From contig NC_018677.1 in the NCBI RefSeq assembly GCF_000300075.1, positions 300,001-332,000 on the forward strand: DNA of 32,000 nucleotides. The letters are read 5' to 3'. A model generated the notes under the pieces. It searched no databases, was not told the origin of the DNA, and saw only the letters and a list, made by a program, of their open reading frames with translations. Position numbers and translations under genes: made by a program. This DNA is from Candidatus Saccharimonadota bacterium. GTDB taxonomy: Bacteria; Pseudomonadota; Gammaproteobacteria; Johnevansiales; Johnevansiaceae. Shown in pieces: positions 1 to 8,748 of this stretch. Numbering within the stretch: the stretch's first letter is position 1; the number at the start of each line of letters is the position of its first letter.

Positions 1-129
1 GTAAAAGATAATAAAATTATTGTTGTTCCTATATTATGTGCATGTTTAAGTATGATGATGAATATTCAATAGTGCTCATATTTAGCTTAAAGGTAAAATG
101 TCGTAACAAATTTTATTTTCTATTATTTT

Positions 130-160
130 GTATCTTGTATCTTGTTTGTTGTTTGTTGTT
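130..160. repeat. Heptamer tandem array (GTATCTT)x2 (GTTTGTT)x2 plus a partial unit
   Basis: Direct reading: gtatctt gtatctt gtttgtt gtttgtt gtt in unbroken 7-nt phase. Confidence 0.85.
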
Positions 161-476
161 AAATTTTTCTATTAGTTAAAGCTTTAGTCATAGGCTAGCA
201 ACATGAGTTAATTTGATTTCTTTAACAATTATGCTTAAAGAACAAGTTAAGAAAGTTGTATTAATTGCTTAATTAGTTAGCTTAGGTATAACAACATTTT
301 AAATAGCACTATTAATAGTAAAATAAATACAGGTTCAACAAAAAAGAAAGTAATAAAAGATTGTTATATAATAATATGTATCTGTGATGCTTAAGTTAAG
401 AAGAAGTTTTGGCATTAGATAAAAACAATAAAGTATAGTGGTAAGAAAAAAAACAAAAGATATAATATGTTACTAT

Positions 477-548
477 GGGTCGTTAGCTCAGTGGTAGAGC
501 AGTTGGCTTTTAACCAATTGGTCGTAGGTTCAAATCCTACACGACCCA
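477..548 (+). tRNA. tRNA-Lys (anticodon UUU)
   Basis: Manual cloverleaf: acceptor gggtcgt/acgaccc, D arm gctc-agtggta-gagc, anticodon stem gttgg/ccaat with loop cTTTTaa, T arm gtagg-ttcaaat-cctac, discriminator a. No encoded CCA. Confidence 0.9.
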
Positions 549-573
549 TTTATATTCATAAAAAAATAATAAC

Positions 574-2040
574 ATGAAAAGAATTCTTATTTATAAAGAA
601 ATCATATCAGATTTAGATACTCCTCTTTCTCTTTATATGAAAGTAGCAAATTATCATTGGACTTTTTTATTAGAATCGATAGAAGGAAAAAAGCAATGGT
701 GTAGATATTCTATAATTGGTTTACGCTGTCATCAAAGAATAGAAATATATAATAATAAAATAAATTTATTTAAAGACAAAATAAAAATTGAAAAAACAAA
801 AAAAATAGATACGTTAGTTTGGCTTTCAAAATATATAAAAACAATAAAAAAAACTATTCTTAAAAAAAATAAAAGCAAAACAATATTGGATGGAGGCTTA
901 GTAGGATATTTGGGCTATGATATAATAAGATTAATTGAACCAACTATTAAAACGTATAAGCAATATAATCCCATTAATACACCTGACATATTTTTGTTAA
1001 GAGCTAATGAACTATTGATAATAGATAAGTATTCAGGCAGATTAACAATCTTAGTAAATGTTAATATATATGATTTAAAAAAAGGTTTAGAACGCATAAA
1101 AATAATATTAAAGAAACTAAGTCTATGTGCAAATTTTAATAAAACAGAATTAGTTACACATTCATTCCAAACACATATCAAACATAAATATACACTTAAA
1201 CCTATATTTTCTAGTTTTAATAAGTTTACTTTTCAAAATTATATTATTAACCTACAAAAATATATTAATTCTGGAGATGTAATGCAATGTGTACCTTCAC
1301 AACGCATTATTATACCGTTTTATTCTCAACCATTTAATCTTTTTCGCGCATTAAGAGTTTTAAACCCATCACCATATATGTTGTTTTTTAATTTTAACGA
1401 TCATTATGTTGTTGGTTCTTCTCCTGAGATTTTGGTAAGAGTAGATAATAAAACAATTACTTTAAGACCTATAGCTGGAACAATTCAAAAACGAAGTGGT
1501 ATACACAATGAAATATTAAAGGATTATAAAGAAGTTTCAGAACATATTATGTTAATTGATTTAGGCCGTAATGATGTAGGAAAAGTTAGTAGTACTGTAA
1601 GAGTTCAAAATCAATTTTTAATAGAAAGATACTCACATGTAAGACATATAGTTTCAACATTAATTGGTATATTAAAACATAAAATAGATCTGATTGATAT
1701 TGTACGCGCTACTTTTCCAGCTGGTACTATTGCTGGTGCACCAAAAATAAGAGCTTTAGAGATTATAAATACACTTGAACCTATTCGACGTGGTATATAT
1801 TCAGGAGCAATAGGTTTTTTATCTTGGAATGGTAATATGAATATAGCTATTGCAATTAGAACAGCAATAGTTAAAAATTATAAACTACATATTCAAGCTG
1901 GTGTAGGAATTATAGAAGAATCTCAATATAAGAAAGAATGGAATGAAATATTAAATAAAAGTAGCGTTATATTGAAAGCCGCACTTATTGCTATAGTTGA
2001 AGAAAAAGGAGACAAAGTTGAGAATATTAATTATAGATAA
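574..2040 (+). CDS. trpE: Anthranilate synthase component I
   Basis: 488-aa ORF with chorismate-binding signatures (LFRALRVLNPSPYMLFF, GTIAGAPKIRALEII..LEPIRRGIYSGAIGF). Followed by trpG-trpD-trpC. Confidence 0.93.
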   Translation: MKRILIYKEIISDLDTPLSLYMKVANYHWTFLLESIEGKKQWCRYSIIGLRCHQRIEIYNNKINLFKDKIKIEKTKKIDTLVWLSKYIKTIKKTILKKNKSKTILDGGLVGYLGYDIIRLIEPTIKTYKQYNPINTPDIFLLRANELLIIDKYSGRLTILVNVNIYDLKKGLERIKIILKKLSLCANFNKTELVTHSFQTHIKHKYTLKPIFSSFNKFTFQNYIINLQKYINSGDVMQCVPSQRIIIPFYSQPFNLFRALRVLNPSPYMLFFNFNDHYVVGSSPEILVRVDNKTITLRPIAGTIQKRSGIHNEILKDYKEVSEHIMLIDLGRNDVGKVSSTVRVQNQFLIERYSHVRHIVSTLIGILKHKIDLIDIVRATFPAGTIAGAPKIRALEIINTLEPIRRGIYSGAIGFLSWNGNMNIAIAIRTAIVKNYKLHIQAGVGIIEESQYKKEWNEILNKSSVILKAALIAIVEEKGDKVENINYR

Positions 2041-2596
2041 TTATGATAGTTTTACATTTAACATTGTACATTATTTTTTTGAATTAGGTGTTGATGTCAA
2101 TATTATTCGTAATAATCTAAATATAAAAAATATAGAAAACGGTTATTTTACTCATTTAGTTATTTCACCAGGACCATGTACTCCGAATAAGGCTGGTTTT
2201 TCCATAGAAGTAATTAAGCATTTTGCAAATAAAATACCTATTTTAGGAATTTGTCTTGGTCATCAAATAATAGGACAAGTTTTTGGATGTAAAATGAGAA
2301 AATCAACACAACTTTTTCATGGAAAAACGTCAAGAATAAAACATATAAATAAAGGTTTATTTAAAGGATTTAAAACTCCTATTTTGATAAATAGATATCA
2401 CTCGTTAATCATTGATAGAAAATATTTGCCTGATAATTTAGAAGTTACAGCTCAAACGGATTGTTACGATATAACGCCAAATGTTATTATGGGCATAAAA
2501 CATAAACAATATAATATTGAAGGGTTACAATTTCATCCAGAATCAATTTTGTCTTTTAAAAGTCATGGATTATTAAAAAACTTTATAAAAAAGTAA
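1997..2596 (+). CDS. trpG: Anthranilate synthase component II (glutamine amidotransferase)
   Basis: Class-I GATase triad context (GICLGHQ nucleophile Cys, LQFHPES). The track start at 1997 is TTG. An in-frame TTG at 2018, preceded by aaggag at 2006-2011, is the more likely start. Either start overlaps the trpE 3' end. Confidence 0.9.
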   Translation: MKKKETKLRILIIDNYDSFTFNIVHYFFELGVDVNIIRNNLNIKNIENGYFTHLVISPGPCTPNKAGFSIEVIKHFANKIPILGICLGHQIIGQVFGCKMRKSTQLFHGKTSRIKHINKGLFKGFKTPILINRYHSLIIDRKYLPDNLEVTAQTDCYDITPNVIMGIKHKQYNIEGLQFHPESILSFKSHGLLKNFIKK

Positions 2597-2601
2597 ATAA
2601 T

Positions 2602-3624
2602 ATGATTAATACAATTTTAAACAAATTAATAAATAAAAGAAATATAAAGTTTAATCAATTTTATAAAATAATGAAGGTTATCAATTTTGGTAAAATAAAA
2701 TCAACACAACTAGCATCTATATTAACAGCATTATCTATCAAAAAAGAAACAAGTGATGAAATCGCAGCAACAGCTAAGGTAATTAATGATTATTATAGTT
2801 TTAATATACACAATAACAAGGTTATGGATTTAGTAGGTACAGGCAGTGATAACTTTAATTTTTTTAATATTTCCACATCTTCAAGTTTTGTTGTTGCTGC
2901 TGCAGGTTCAATAAACGTTGCTAAATTTGGTAGTAAAAGTATTTCATCATATTCAGGTAGTTTAGATTTGCTTAATGTCTTAGGGATAAATTTGTATTTG
3001 AAAAAAAAAGATATTAGAAAGTGTATAAAGCGGTTACAATTAGTTTTTTTAATATCTGAGTTTAAATATAAAAAAAAAATAAGAAAAATAAGAATGGATA
3101 TAAGAATACCTACAATTTTTAATATTGTAGGTCCGTTAACAAATCCTATTAAACCGTTTAAACAATTAGTTGGAGTATATGATAGAAGGTTATTAAATAT
3201 ATTTTCTAAAGTTTTTATGAAATTAGGTAGCAAAAAAACGTTGATAATACACTCAAAAGAAGGTTCAGATGAAATATCTTTAAATAAAGCCACTTATATT
3301 TCTGAATTAAATAATGGTAAAATTATAAACTTCTTAATAAATCCTACAAAATTTTTTTTAAAAAAAAACACATTAGATTTTATACAAATCAAGAGTGTTT
3401 TACAAAGTTTAGATATCGTAATTCATTCTATAAAAGGGCATTTTGGTTTAGCTTTTGAAATGATTTTATTAAATGCTGGAACAGCTTTATATGTCTCTGG
3501 AATAGTCAATAATATTCATAATGGACTTGAATTGTCGAAATATATATTGATTTCTGGAAAAGCATATAAAAAGTTAAAAACAATTGTTTTTTTTACTAAA
3601 TGTTTTAAAAAAGGTATACTGTAA
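2602..3624 (+). CDS. trpD: Anthranilate phosphoribosyltransferase
   Basis: 340-aa ORF colinear with TrpD (VGTGSD..NISTSSSFVVAAAG, GPLTNP, GSDEISL). Position in trp operon. Several canonical motif residues are substituted. Confidence 0.85.
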   Translation: MINTILNKLINKRNIKFNQFYKIMKVINFGKIKSTQLASILTALSIKKETSDEIAATAKVINDYYSFNIHNNKVMDLVGTGSDNFNFFNISTSSSFVVAAAGSINVAKFGSKSISSYSGSLDLLNVLGINLYLKKKDIRKCIKRLQLVFLISEFKYKKKIRKIRMDIRIPTIFNIVGPLTNPIKPFKQLVGVYDRRLLNIFSKVFMKLGSKKTLIIHSKEGSDEISLNKATYISELNNGKIINFLINPTKFFLKKNTLDFIQIKSVLQSLDIVIHSIKGHFGLAFEMILLNAGTALYVSGIVNNIHNGLELSKYILISGKAYKKLKTIVFFTKCFKKGIL

Positions 3625-4442
3625 TGAAAATATTGTTTAATATTTTAAAATATAAACGTAATACAATTAATGTTTGTATAAATAAATTATCTTTAAAAAT
3701 TTTACGTAAAGGGTTTTATTCAAATAAAGAGCAGTTTTCTAATAACAAATTTATTAAATCCATAAAAAACAAACAATATAAGAATCAAACTTCAATAATT
3801 GCAGAAATTAAACGATGTTCACCTTCTAAAGGAATTATTACTGAAACTAAGAACATTGAAAAACTAGCTTTGAATTATTTTTTAAATGGAGCTGTGTGTA
3901 TTTCAATATTAACAGAAAAGAATTTTTTTAAAGGTAGTAAAAAATATATATTAACTGTCAAAAAACTTTTTGATATACCTATTTTGTTTAAAGATTTTAT
4001 TATTGATGAATATCAAGTTTTTGAAGCACGGTTACTATGTACAGATTGTATTTTGTTAATAGTTTCAATTTTAAAACTTGATTTATTAAAAAAGTTATAT
4101 AATTTGGCCTTATCAATTGGTTTAGATGTATTACTTGAAATACATAACCTTTTAGAATTAGAAGTAGCGTTATTTTCTTTAAATGCAAAATTTATAGGTA
4201 TCAATAATCGAAATTTATATACATTTAATACATCTATTAACATAACCATTTCATTATTAAAATATATGCCTTCAAATGTTGTTTTTGTTACAGAATCTGG
4301 AATTTTAAATGTTAATGATTTTATAAAATTACAAATGTTTGGTGTTAATGTTTTTTTAATAGGAGAGTTTTTATTAAGTAATAATGATATCTTTTTAAGA
4401 ACTTTACTTGATAAAGCTAATAAATATATATTAACATATTAA
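3624..4442 (+). CDS. trpC: Indole-3-glycerol phosphate synthase (monofunctional, no TrpF domain)
   Basis: IAEIKRCSPSKG, ISILTEKNFFKGS, IGINNRNL motifs. The ATG overlaps the trpD TAA by 1 nt (TAATG). Confidence 0.9.
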   Translation: MKILFNILKYKRNTINVCINKLSLKILRKGFYSNKEQFSNNKFIKSIKNKQYKNQTSIIAEIKRCSPSKGIITETKNIEKLALNYFLNGAVCISILTEKNFFKGSKKYILTVKKLFDIPILFKDFIIDEYQVFEARLLCTDCILLIVSILKLDLLKKLYNLALSIGLDVLLEIHNLLELEVALFSLNAKFIGINNRNLYTFNTSINITISLLKYMPSNVVFVTESGILNVNDFIKLQMFGVNVFLIGEFLLSNNDIFLRTLLDKANKYILTY

Positions 4443-4445
4443 CTA

Positions 4446-4518
4446 TCCCCGATAGCTCAGTTGGTAGAGCAAATGACTGTTAATCATTTTGTCACAGGTT
4501 CGAGCCCTGTTTGGGGAG
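4446..4518 (+). tRNA. tRNA-Asn (anticodon GUU)
   Basis: Manual cloverleaf: acceptor tccccga/ttgggga, anticodon stem aatga/tcatt with loop ctGTTaa, T arm acagg-ttcgagc-cctgt. Begins 3 nt after the trpC stop. Confidence 0.9.
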
Positions 4519-4530
4519 TTTAAGTTTTAT

Positions 4531-4570
4531 AGCTTAGCTTAGCTTAGCTCTGCTCTAATCTAATTTAATT
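4531..4570. repeat. Pentamer array with stepwise changing units
   Basis: agctt agctt agctt agctc tgctc taatc taatt taatt read in one 5-nt phase, lying between convergent tRNA-Asn and tRNA-Met. Confidence 0.85.
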
Positions 4571-4594
4571 TAACACTATTAAAATTTATAAATA

Positions 4595-4668
4595 TAGCTA
4601 CGCCCTGATTTGAACAGGGGACCTCATCATTATGAGTGAAGCGCTCTAACCAACTGAGCTACGTAGCT
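4595..4668 (-). tRNA. tRNA-Met, elongator type (anticodon CAU)
   Basis: The reverse complement folds: acceptor agctacg/cgtagct, D arm gctc-agttggtta-gagc, loop ctCATaa, T arm ccctg-ttcaaat-caggg. The 5' half closely resembles my memory of E. coli elongator tRNA-Met. It lacks initiator features. A lysidine-modified tRNA-Ile2 cannot be fully excluded. Confidence 0.8.
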
Positions 4669-5603
4669 TTTGTCTATATATGTGTTTTATATATAAAAAA
4701 CCAGTTTGATTGATTTTCAAAAAAAAATATTTGTTAATGAAATTTATATAGGATTAATTTTTATTTCCTTTAATGTTTTTGCTTTGAAGTTCAATTAGGT
4801 TTAATTATTGTTGTATTAGTTTGATAATACTTCTTCTAGTATTTAATTTTTGCTTTCTTTTGTTTTATGTTATGAATTTAAAAAAAAGTATTGTTTGATT
4901 TTTGTTTAATGTTATTTATATTTAACAGCTTGTTGTTTTGCTAAAATATTAGTTTGTAAGTTGTTAATTAATTATGTTTTTTTATTTTGTTTAAAAAAAA
5001 TTATTTATATGTTGTTTGCTTATTACTATTGTTTTGTGTTTAACTTTACAGCATTAATCTTTTAAAGGTTATATGGTATAACTTATTTTTTTAAAGTTTT
5101 TGTTACAATAGGTAGGATGGCATTCTGTATTTATGAACTTATGATAGGTGTAAATTTTCGTGTTTTGTATAGTTTTATATTAGATTTTTTATTGTTAGTT
5201 AATAGCTTTTGCTGTCATATTGTTAAGTGTTTATGCTGTTAGAGTATATATTATTTGATATGTGTAATATTTTATTTACTTAATACTTGTTAGGTTGTTT
5301 TTACTAGATAGGTTTAATTTTTTAGTTGCTATGTTGTTAAACTTTGCTTTTGTTTTTTTGTTCAAACTGGTAATTTGTTAATTTTTTAGTTTATATACTT
5401 TATTTATTAGACTATCCATTTTTGTATTTGTTTTATAAAAATAGTATTGTGTATGTTTGTTATTATTTTAACTTCATTTAGTTTTTGTATTTGATTTTAA
5501 AGAAGGTATGTGTTATTTAAAGGATTGATTAATGGGTTATGTACTTTATGTTGTGCTTAATGTATAATCAGTTATGTGCTTGATGTAAGTATTTGTGTTA
5601 TTA

Positions 5604-5678
5604 TGTGGACTGTGGACTGTGGACTGTGGATTGTGCAATGAATTGGTGTTTGGTGTTTGGTGTTTGCAGTTTGCAGTT
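5604..5678. repeat. Heptamer arrays (TGTGGAC)x3 TGTGGAT TGTGCAA, 5-nt gap, (TGGTGTT)x3 (TGCAGTT)x2
   Basis: Direct reading of tandem units in the 4669-6037 spacer. Confidence 0.9.
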
Positions 5679-6037
5679 TATGTTTTAGCTGGTTGATGTT
5701 AGGAGTTCTGTTAAAGGTTATGTATTTTGTTAAAAATTTGTTAGATGTATTTTGTATTGCTGTTATTTAAATAGTTATACGGTAATTAAATGTTGTTATT
5801 AAATAAAAATCTGTTAGATGTTAACTTGTATTTTTAGATGTTTGGTGTAAGATGATTGTTTTATAGTGATTGGTAAAGTTAGATAAAATAAGTTGTATGA
5901 AGCTTTGTAAAAAAATATAAAAGGTTGCTTAAAAAAGGCTGTATATATGTAAGATTATGCTTTATAAAGAGGCAGTTTCGTTTCATTGGTTTTATGAAAT
6001 ATGTTTTATAAGAATAAGTTTGATTAGTTGATTCTAT

Positions 6038-6607
6038 TTAATTTGTCACATGTTTAACTGTAACTATTTTATTTGTTTTTTCTATAAAAAAAAAGTTGTT
6101 TGTTTTATAAAATTGCTTAATATCTACAGATTGTCCTACTGATAAATTGCTAACATTTATTTCAAAAGCTTTAGGAAGAAACTTAGGCAAACATTTTATT
6201 CGAACATAGCTTTTATGTAGAACCAGTAAACCTCCATCTTGTTTAACACCTTTACAAAGTTCCTTTCCTATTAGCTTAATTTTTACTAAAACTGTAATTT
6301 GTTTATTTTCATTTATTCGTAACAAGTCTATATGATTTATTAAGTTTTTATAAGGATGCCGTTGTATATCTCTTAAAATAACTTTTTCTTTTTTATTAAA
6401 CAACTTAATATACAAAATCGTTGAAGAAAATGTTTCTTGCTTTATAAAGTTTAAAATTATTTTTTTTTCTAAACCAATAAGTACATTTTGTTTCTTATCT
6501 CCATAAATTATAGCAGGTATAATATCGTTATTACGTAAATTTTTATTTGCTTTTTTTCCTATATTATATCTTACAAAAGCATTTATTTGCATTGTTAATT
6601 TTTCCAC
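6038..6607 (-). CDS. rplY: 50S ribosomal protein L25 (long Ctc-type form)
   Basis: N-terminal L25 pattern (RNNDIIPAIIYG). 189 aa. The track start is GTG at 6607, and an ATG at 6592 (MQINAF...) is an equally plausible start. Confidence 0.8.
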   Translation of the reverse strand: MEKLTMQINAFVRYNIGKKANKNLRNNDIIPAIIYGDKKQNVLIGLEKKIILNFIKQETFSSTILYIKLFNKKEKVILRDIQRHPYKNLINHIDLLRINENKQITVLVKIKLIGKELCKGVKQDGGLLVLHKSYVRIKCLPKFLPKAFEINVSNLSVGQSVDIKQFYKTNNFFFIEKTNKIVTVKHVTN

Positions 6608-6618
6608 ATAATTTTAAA

Positions 6619-7566
6619 TTAATTAAACATTTCACTTATTGATTCTTCATTATTCACTCTTCGAATAGCTTCTGCTATAATACTAGCAACAGATATTTGT
6701 TTTATTTTTTTACTACTCATAGCATTTGTTGATAAAGGAATAGTGTCTGTAACTATTAATTTGTCTAAAACTGAGTTGTTTATAATATTTAAAGCATTAC
6801 CTGACAAAATAGCATGAGTAATATATGCAAAAACATATTTAGCTCCTTGTTTTTTTAATGATTCAGCTGCTTTGCACAAAGTACTAGCAGTGTCCACGAT
6901 ATCATCTATTAAAATACACGTCCGTTCTTTAATATCTCCAATAATATTCATTACTTGTGTCTGATTTTTTTTTGGACGACGTTTGTCTATAATTGATAAA
7001 TCTGCATTTATTTTTTTAGCTAATGCTCGAGCACGTACAACACCCCCAATATCGGGGGATACTATTACAAGATTTTTATATTTTTGAGTTTCTATATCTG
7101 TTATAAACACAGGAGATCCATAGATATTATCAACAGGTACATCAAAAAAACCTTGTATTTGATCAGCATGTAAATCCATAGTCATAACACGGTTTACACC
7201 AGCTTTAACAATCATGTCTGCTATAACTTTTGCAGAAATAGGAACCCTGGTAGTTCTTATTCTCCTATCTTGCCGTGAATACCCTAAGTATGGAATTACA
7301 GCTGTAATTCTTGTAGCTGAAGCTCTACGTAAAGCATCTATAATTAAAATTAATTCTATTAAATTATTATTAGTAGGTACACAAGTTGATTGTATTATAA
7401 ATATATCTTTACCTCTTACATTTTCTTCTATTTCAACAGAAATTTCACCATCACTAAATTTATTAACTGTCGATCTACCTAGATTTGTTTTTAAACAAAT
7501 AGAAATTTGTTTTGCTAATTCAATATTGGAATTTCCAGTAAATAACATTAACTTAGAAAGAATCAT
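6619..7566 (-). CDS. prs: Ribose-phosphate pyrophosphokinase (PRPP synthetase)
   Basis: [33 protein letters not shown], and PRPP-binding loop [13 protein letters not shown]. Confidence 0.93.
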   Translation of the reverse strand: MILSKLMLFTGNSNIELAKQISICLKTNLGRSTVNKFSDGEISVEIEENVRGKDIFIIQSTCVPTNNNLIELILIIDALRRASATRITAVIPYLGYSRQDRRIRTTRVPISAKVIADMIVKAGVNRVMTMDLHADQIQGFFDVPVDNIYGSPVFITDIETQKYKNLVIVSPDIGGVVRARALAKKINADLSIIDKRRPKKNQTQVMNIIGDIKERTCILIDDIVDTASTLCKAAESLKKQGAKYVFAYITHAILSGNALNIINNSVLDKLIVTDTIPLSTNAMSSKKIKQISVASIIAEAIRRVNNEESISEMFN

Positions 7567-7623
7567 ATTATAGTTACCTATAACAAATTTATTATATATT
7601 TAAATATAGTATAATATATACTT

Positions 7624-8748
7624 TTGAATTCATATATTTATAGGTATTTAATTTTGATAAAAACCAATTTAATACATTTTTTTTATAAACTTGAAAAAAA
7701 GTTTTATTGTTTATCTATTTTACTTTCTAAATATGAAATTAGTTATAAACAGGATAAATATATAAAATATGCACAGGATTATTCACGATTGGCAAAGTTA
7801 GTTAGCTTGTGGAAACTTTATCAAAATTTAGAAATAGAACTTAGTTATAATAACAAACTATATAATGATTCTGATAATGATTTAGAATTACGTAGTTTAA
7901 TCACTGAAGAAATTAAGCTTATTAAAAGTAACTTATTTAAATTTCATTTTCAAATACAACAAACTTTAATAACTTATTCTAATAAAGAAGATAAAAACGG
8001 TATATTTTTGGAAATACGTGCTGGAACAGGGGGTTCAGAAGCTGCGCTTTTTGCAGGTGATTTATTTCGAATGTACTCAAAGTATGCTGAAAAACATAAT
8101 TGTAATTTTGAAATAATTAGTTTTAACTCAGGTGAATATGGGGGCTTTAAAGAACTAATTTTAAGAATAGAAGGATATGGTATATATGGAAAATTTAAAT
8201 TTGAATCAGGTACACATCGAGTACAAAGAATACCTGACACAGAATCTATGGGAAGAATTCATACGTCTGCTTGTACGGTGGTTGTCATGCCAAACTTACA
8301 TAAGAAAGTACATAATATAAAAATAAATACAAAGGAATTAAGAATTGACACTTACAGATCAAGTGGTGCAGGCGGGCAACATGTAAACACTACTGATTCC
8401 GCTGTAAGAATAACGCATTTGCCTACAAAGATCGTTGTTGAATGTCAAAGTGAACGCTCTCAACATAGTAATAAAGCAAAAGCTATTGAACTATTAAAAG
8501 CAAAAATTAAACAAAAAAAGAAAGATGAAGTTAAAATTAAACAAACAACATTAAGAAAATCATTAATTGGTTCTGGCGATAGATCAGAAAGAATTCGTAC
8601 TTACAATTTTGCACAAGGGCGCGTAACAGATCATAGAATAAAGTTAACAATTTATGATTTAAATAATATTCTTTCTGGTAATTTAGATGAAATAATAATT
8701 CCATTGATTAATCAGTTAAAATCAGAACAACTAATGGATATTAGTTGA
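7624..8748 (+). CDS. prfA: Peptide chain release factor 1
   Basis: GGQ motif (SGAGGQHVNTTDSAVRITHLPT) and an RF1-type PxT tripeptide region (QRIPDTESMGRIHTSACTV). The start is uncertain: TTG at 7624, with another in-frame TTG at 7651. Confidence 0.9.
   Translation: MNSYIYRYLILIKTNLIHFFYKLEKKFYCLSILLSKYEISYKQDKYIKYAQDYSRLAKLVSLWKLYQNLEIELSYNNKLYNDSDNDLELRSLITEEIKLIKSNLFKFHFQIQQTLITYSNKEDKNGIFLEIRAGTGGSEAALFAGDLFRMYSKYAEKHNCNFEIISFNSGEYGGFKELILRIEGYGIYGKFKFESGTHRVQRIPDTESMGRIHTSACTVVVMPNLHKKVHNIKINTKELRIDTYRSSGAGGQHVNTTDSAVRITHLPTKIVVECQSERSQHSNKAKAIELLKAKIKQKKKDEVKIKQTTLRKSLIGSGDRSERIRTYNFAQGRVTDHRIKLTIYDLNNILSGNLDEIIIPLINQLKSEQLMDIS

Noticed and set aside
231-412. Dispersed similarity atgcttaaagaacaagttaagaaagtt (231) versus atgcttaagttaagaagaagtt (387)
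   Set aside because: The match is short, gapped and low-complexity. That is not enough to call a repeat family.
549-573. trp leader peptide or attenuator upstream of trpE
   Set aside because: Only 25 nt separate tRNA-Lys from the trpE ATG. That leaves no room for a leader ORF or alternative hairpins.
915-1181. Antisense or overlapping ORFs in the track: 915-1181(-), 2793-3293(-), 4000-4188(-), 4013-4249(-), 7214-7573(+), 7974-8240(-), 10402-10632(+), 15768-16100(-), 21303-21536(-), 26744-26965(+), 29905-30333(+)
   Set aside because: Each lies entirely within, and opposite to, a well-supported conserved gene (trpE, trpD, trpC, prs, prfA, crtB, hisG/rplM, mutS, permease, hisA). Their translations are low-complexity I/L/F/K/N-rich, as expected for shadow ORFs in AT-rich DNA.
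5604-5638. TGTGGAC/TGTGGAT repeats as a DnaA-box cluster (consensus TGTGNATAA) marking an origin
   Set aside because: Only the first 6-7 of 9 positions match. The repeats are one of many heptamer arrays. The skew does not change sign here.
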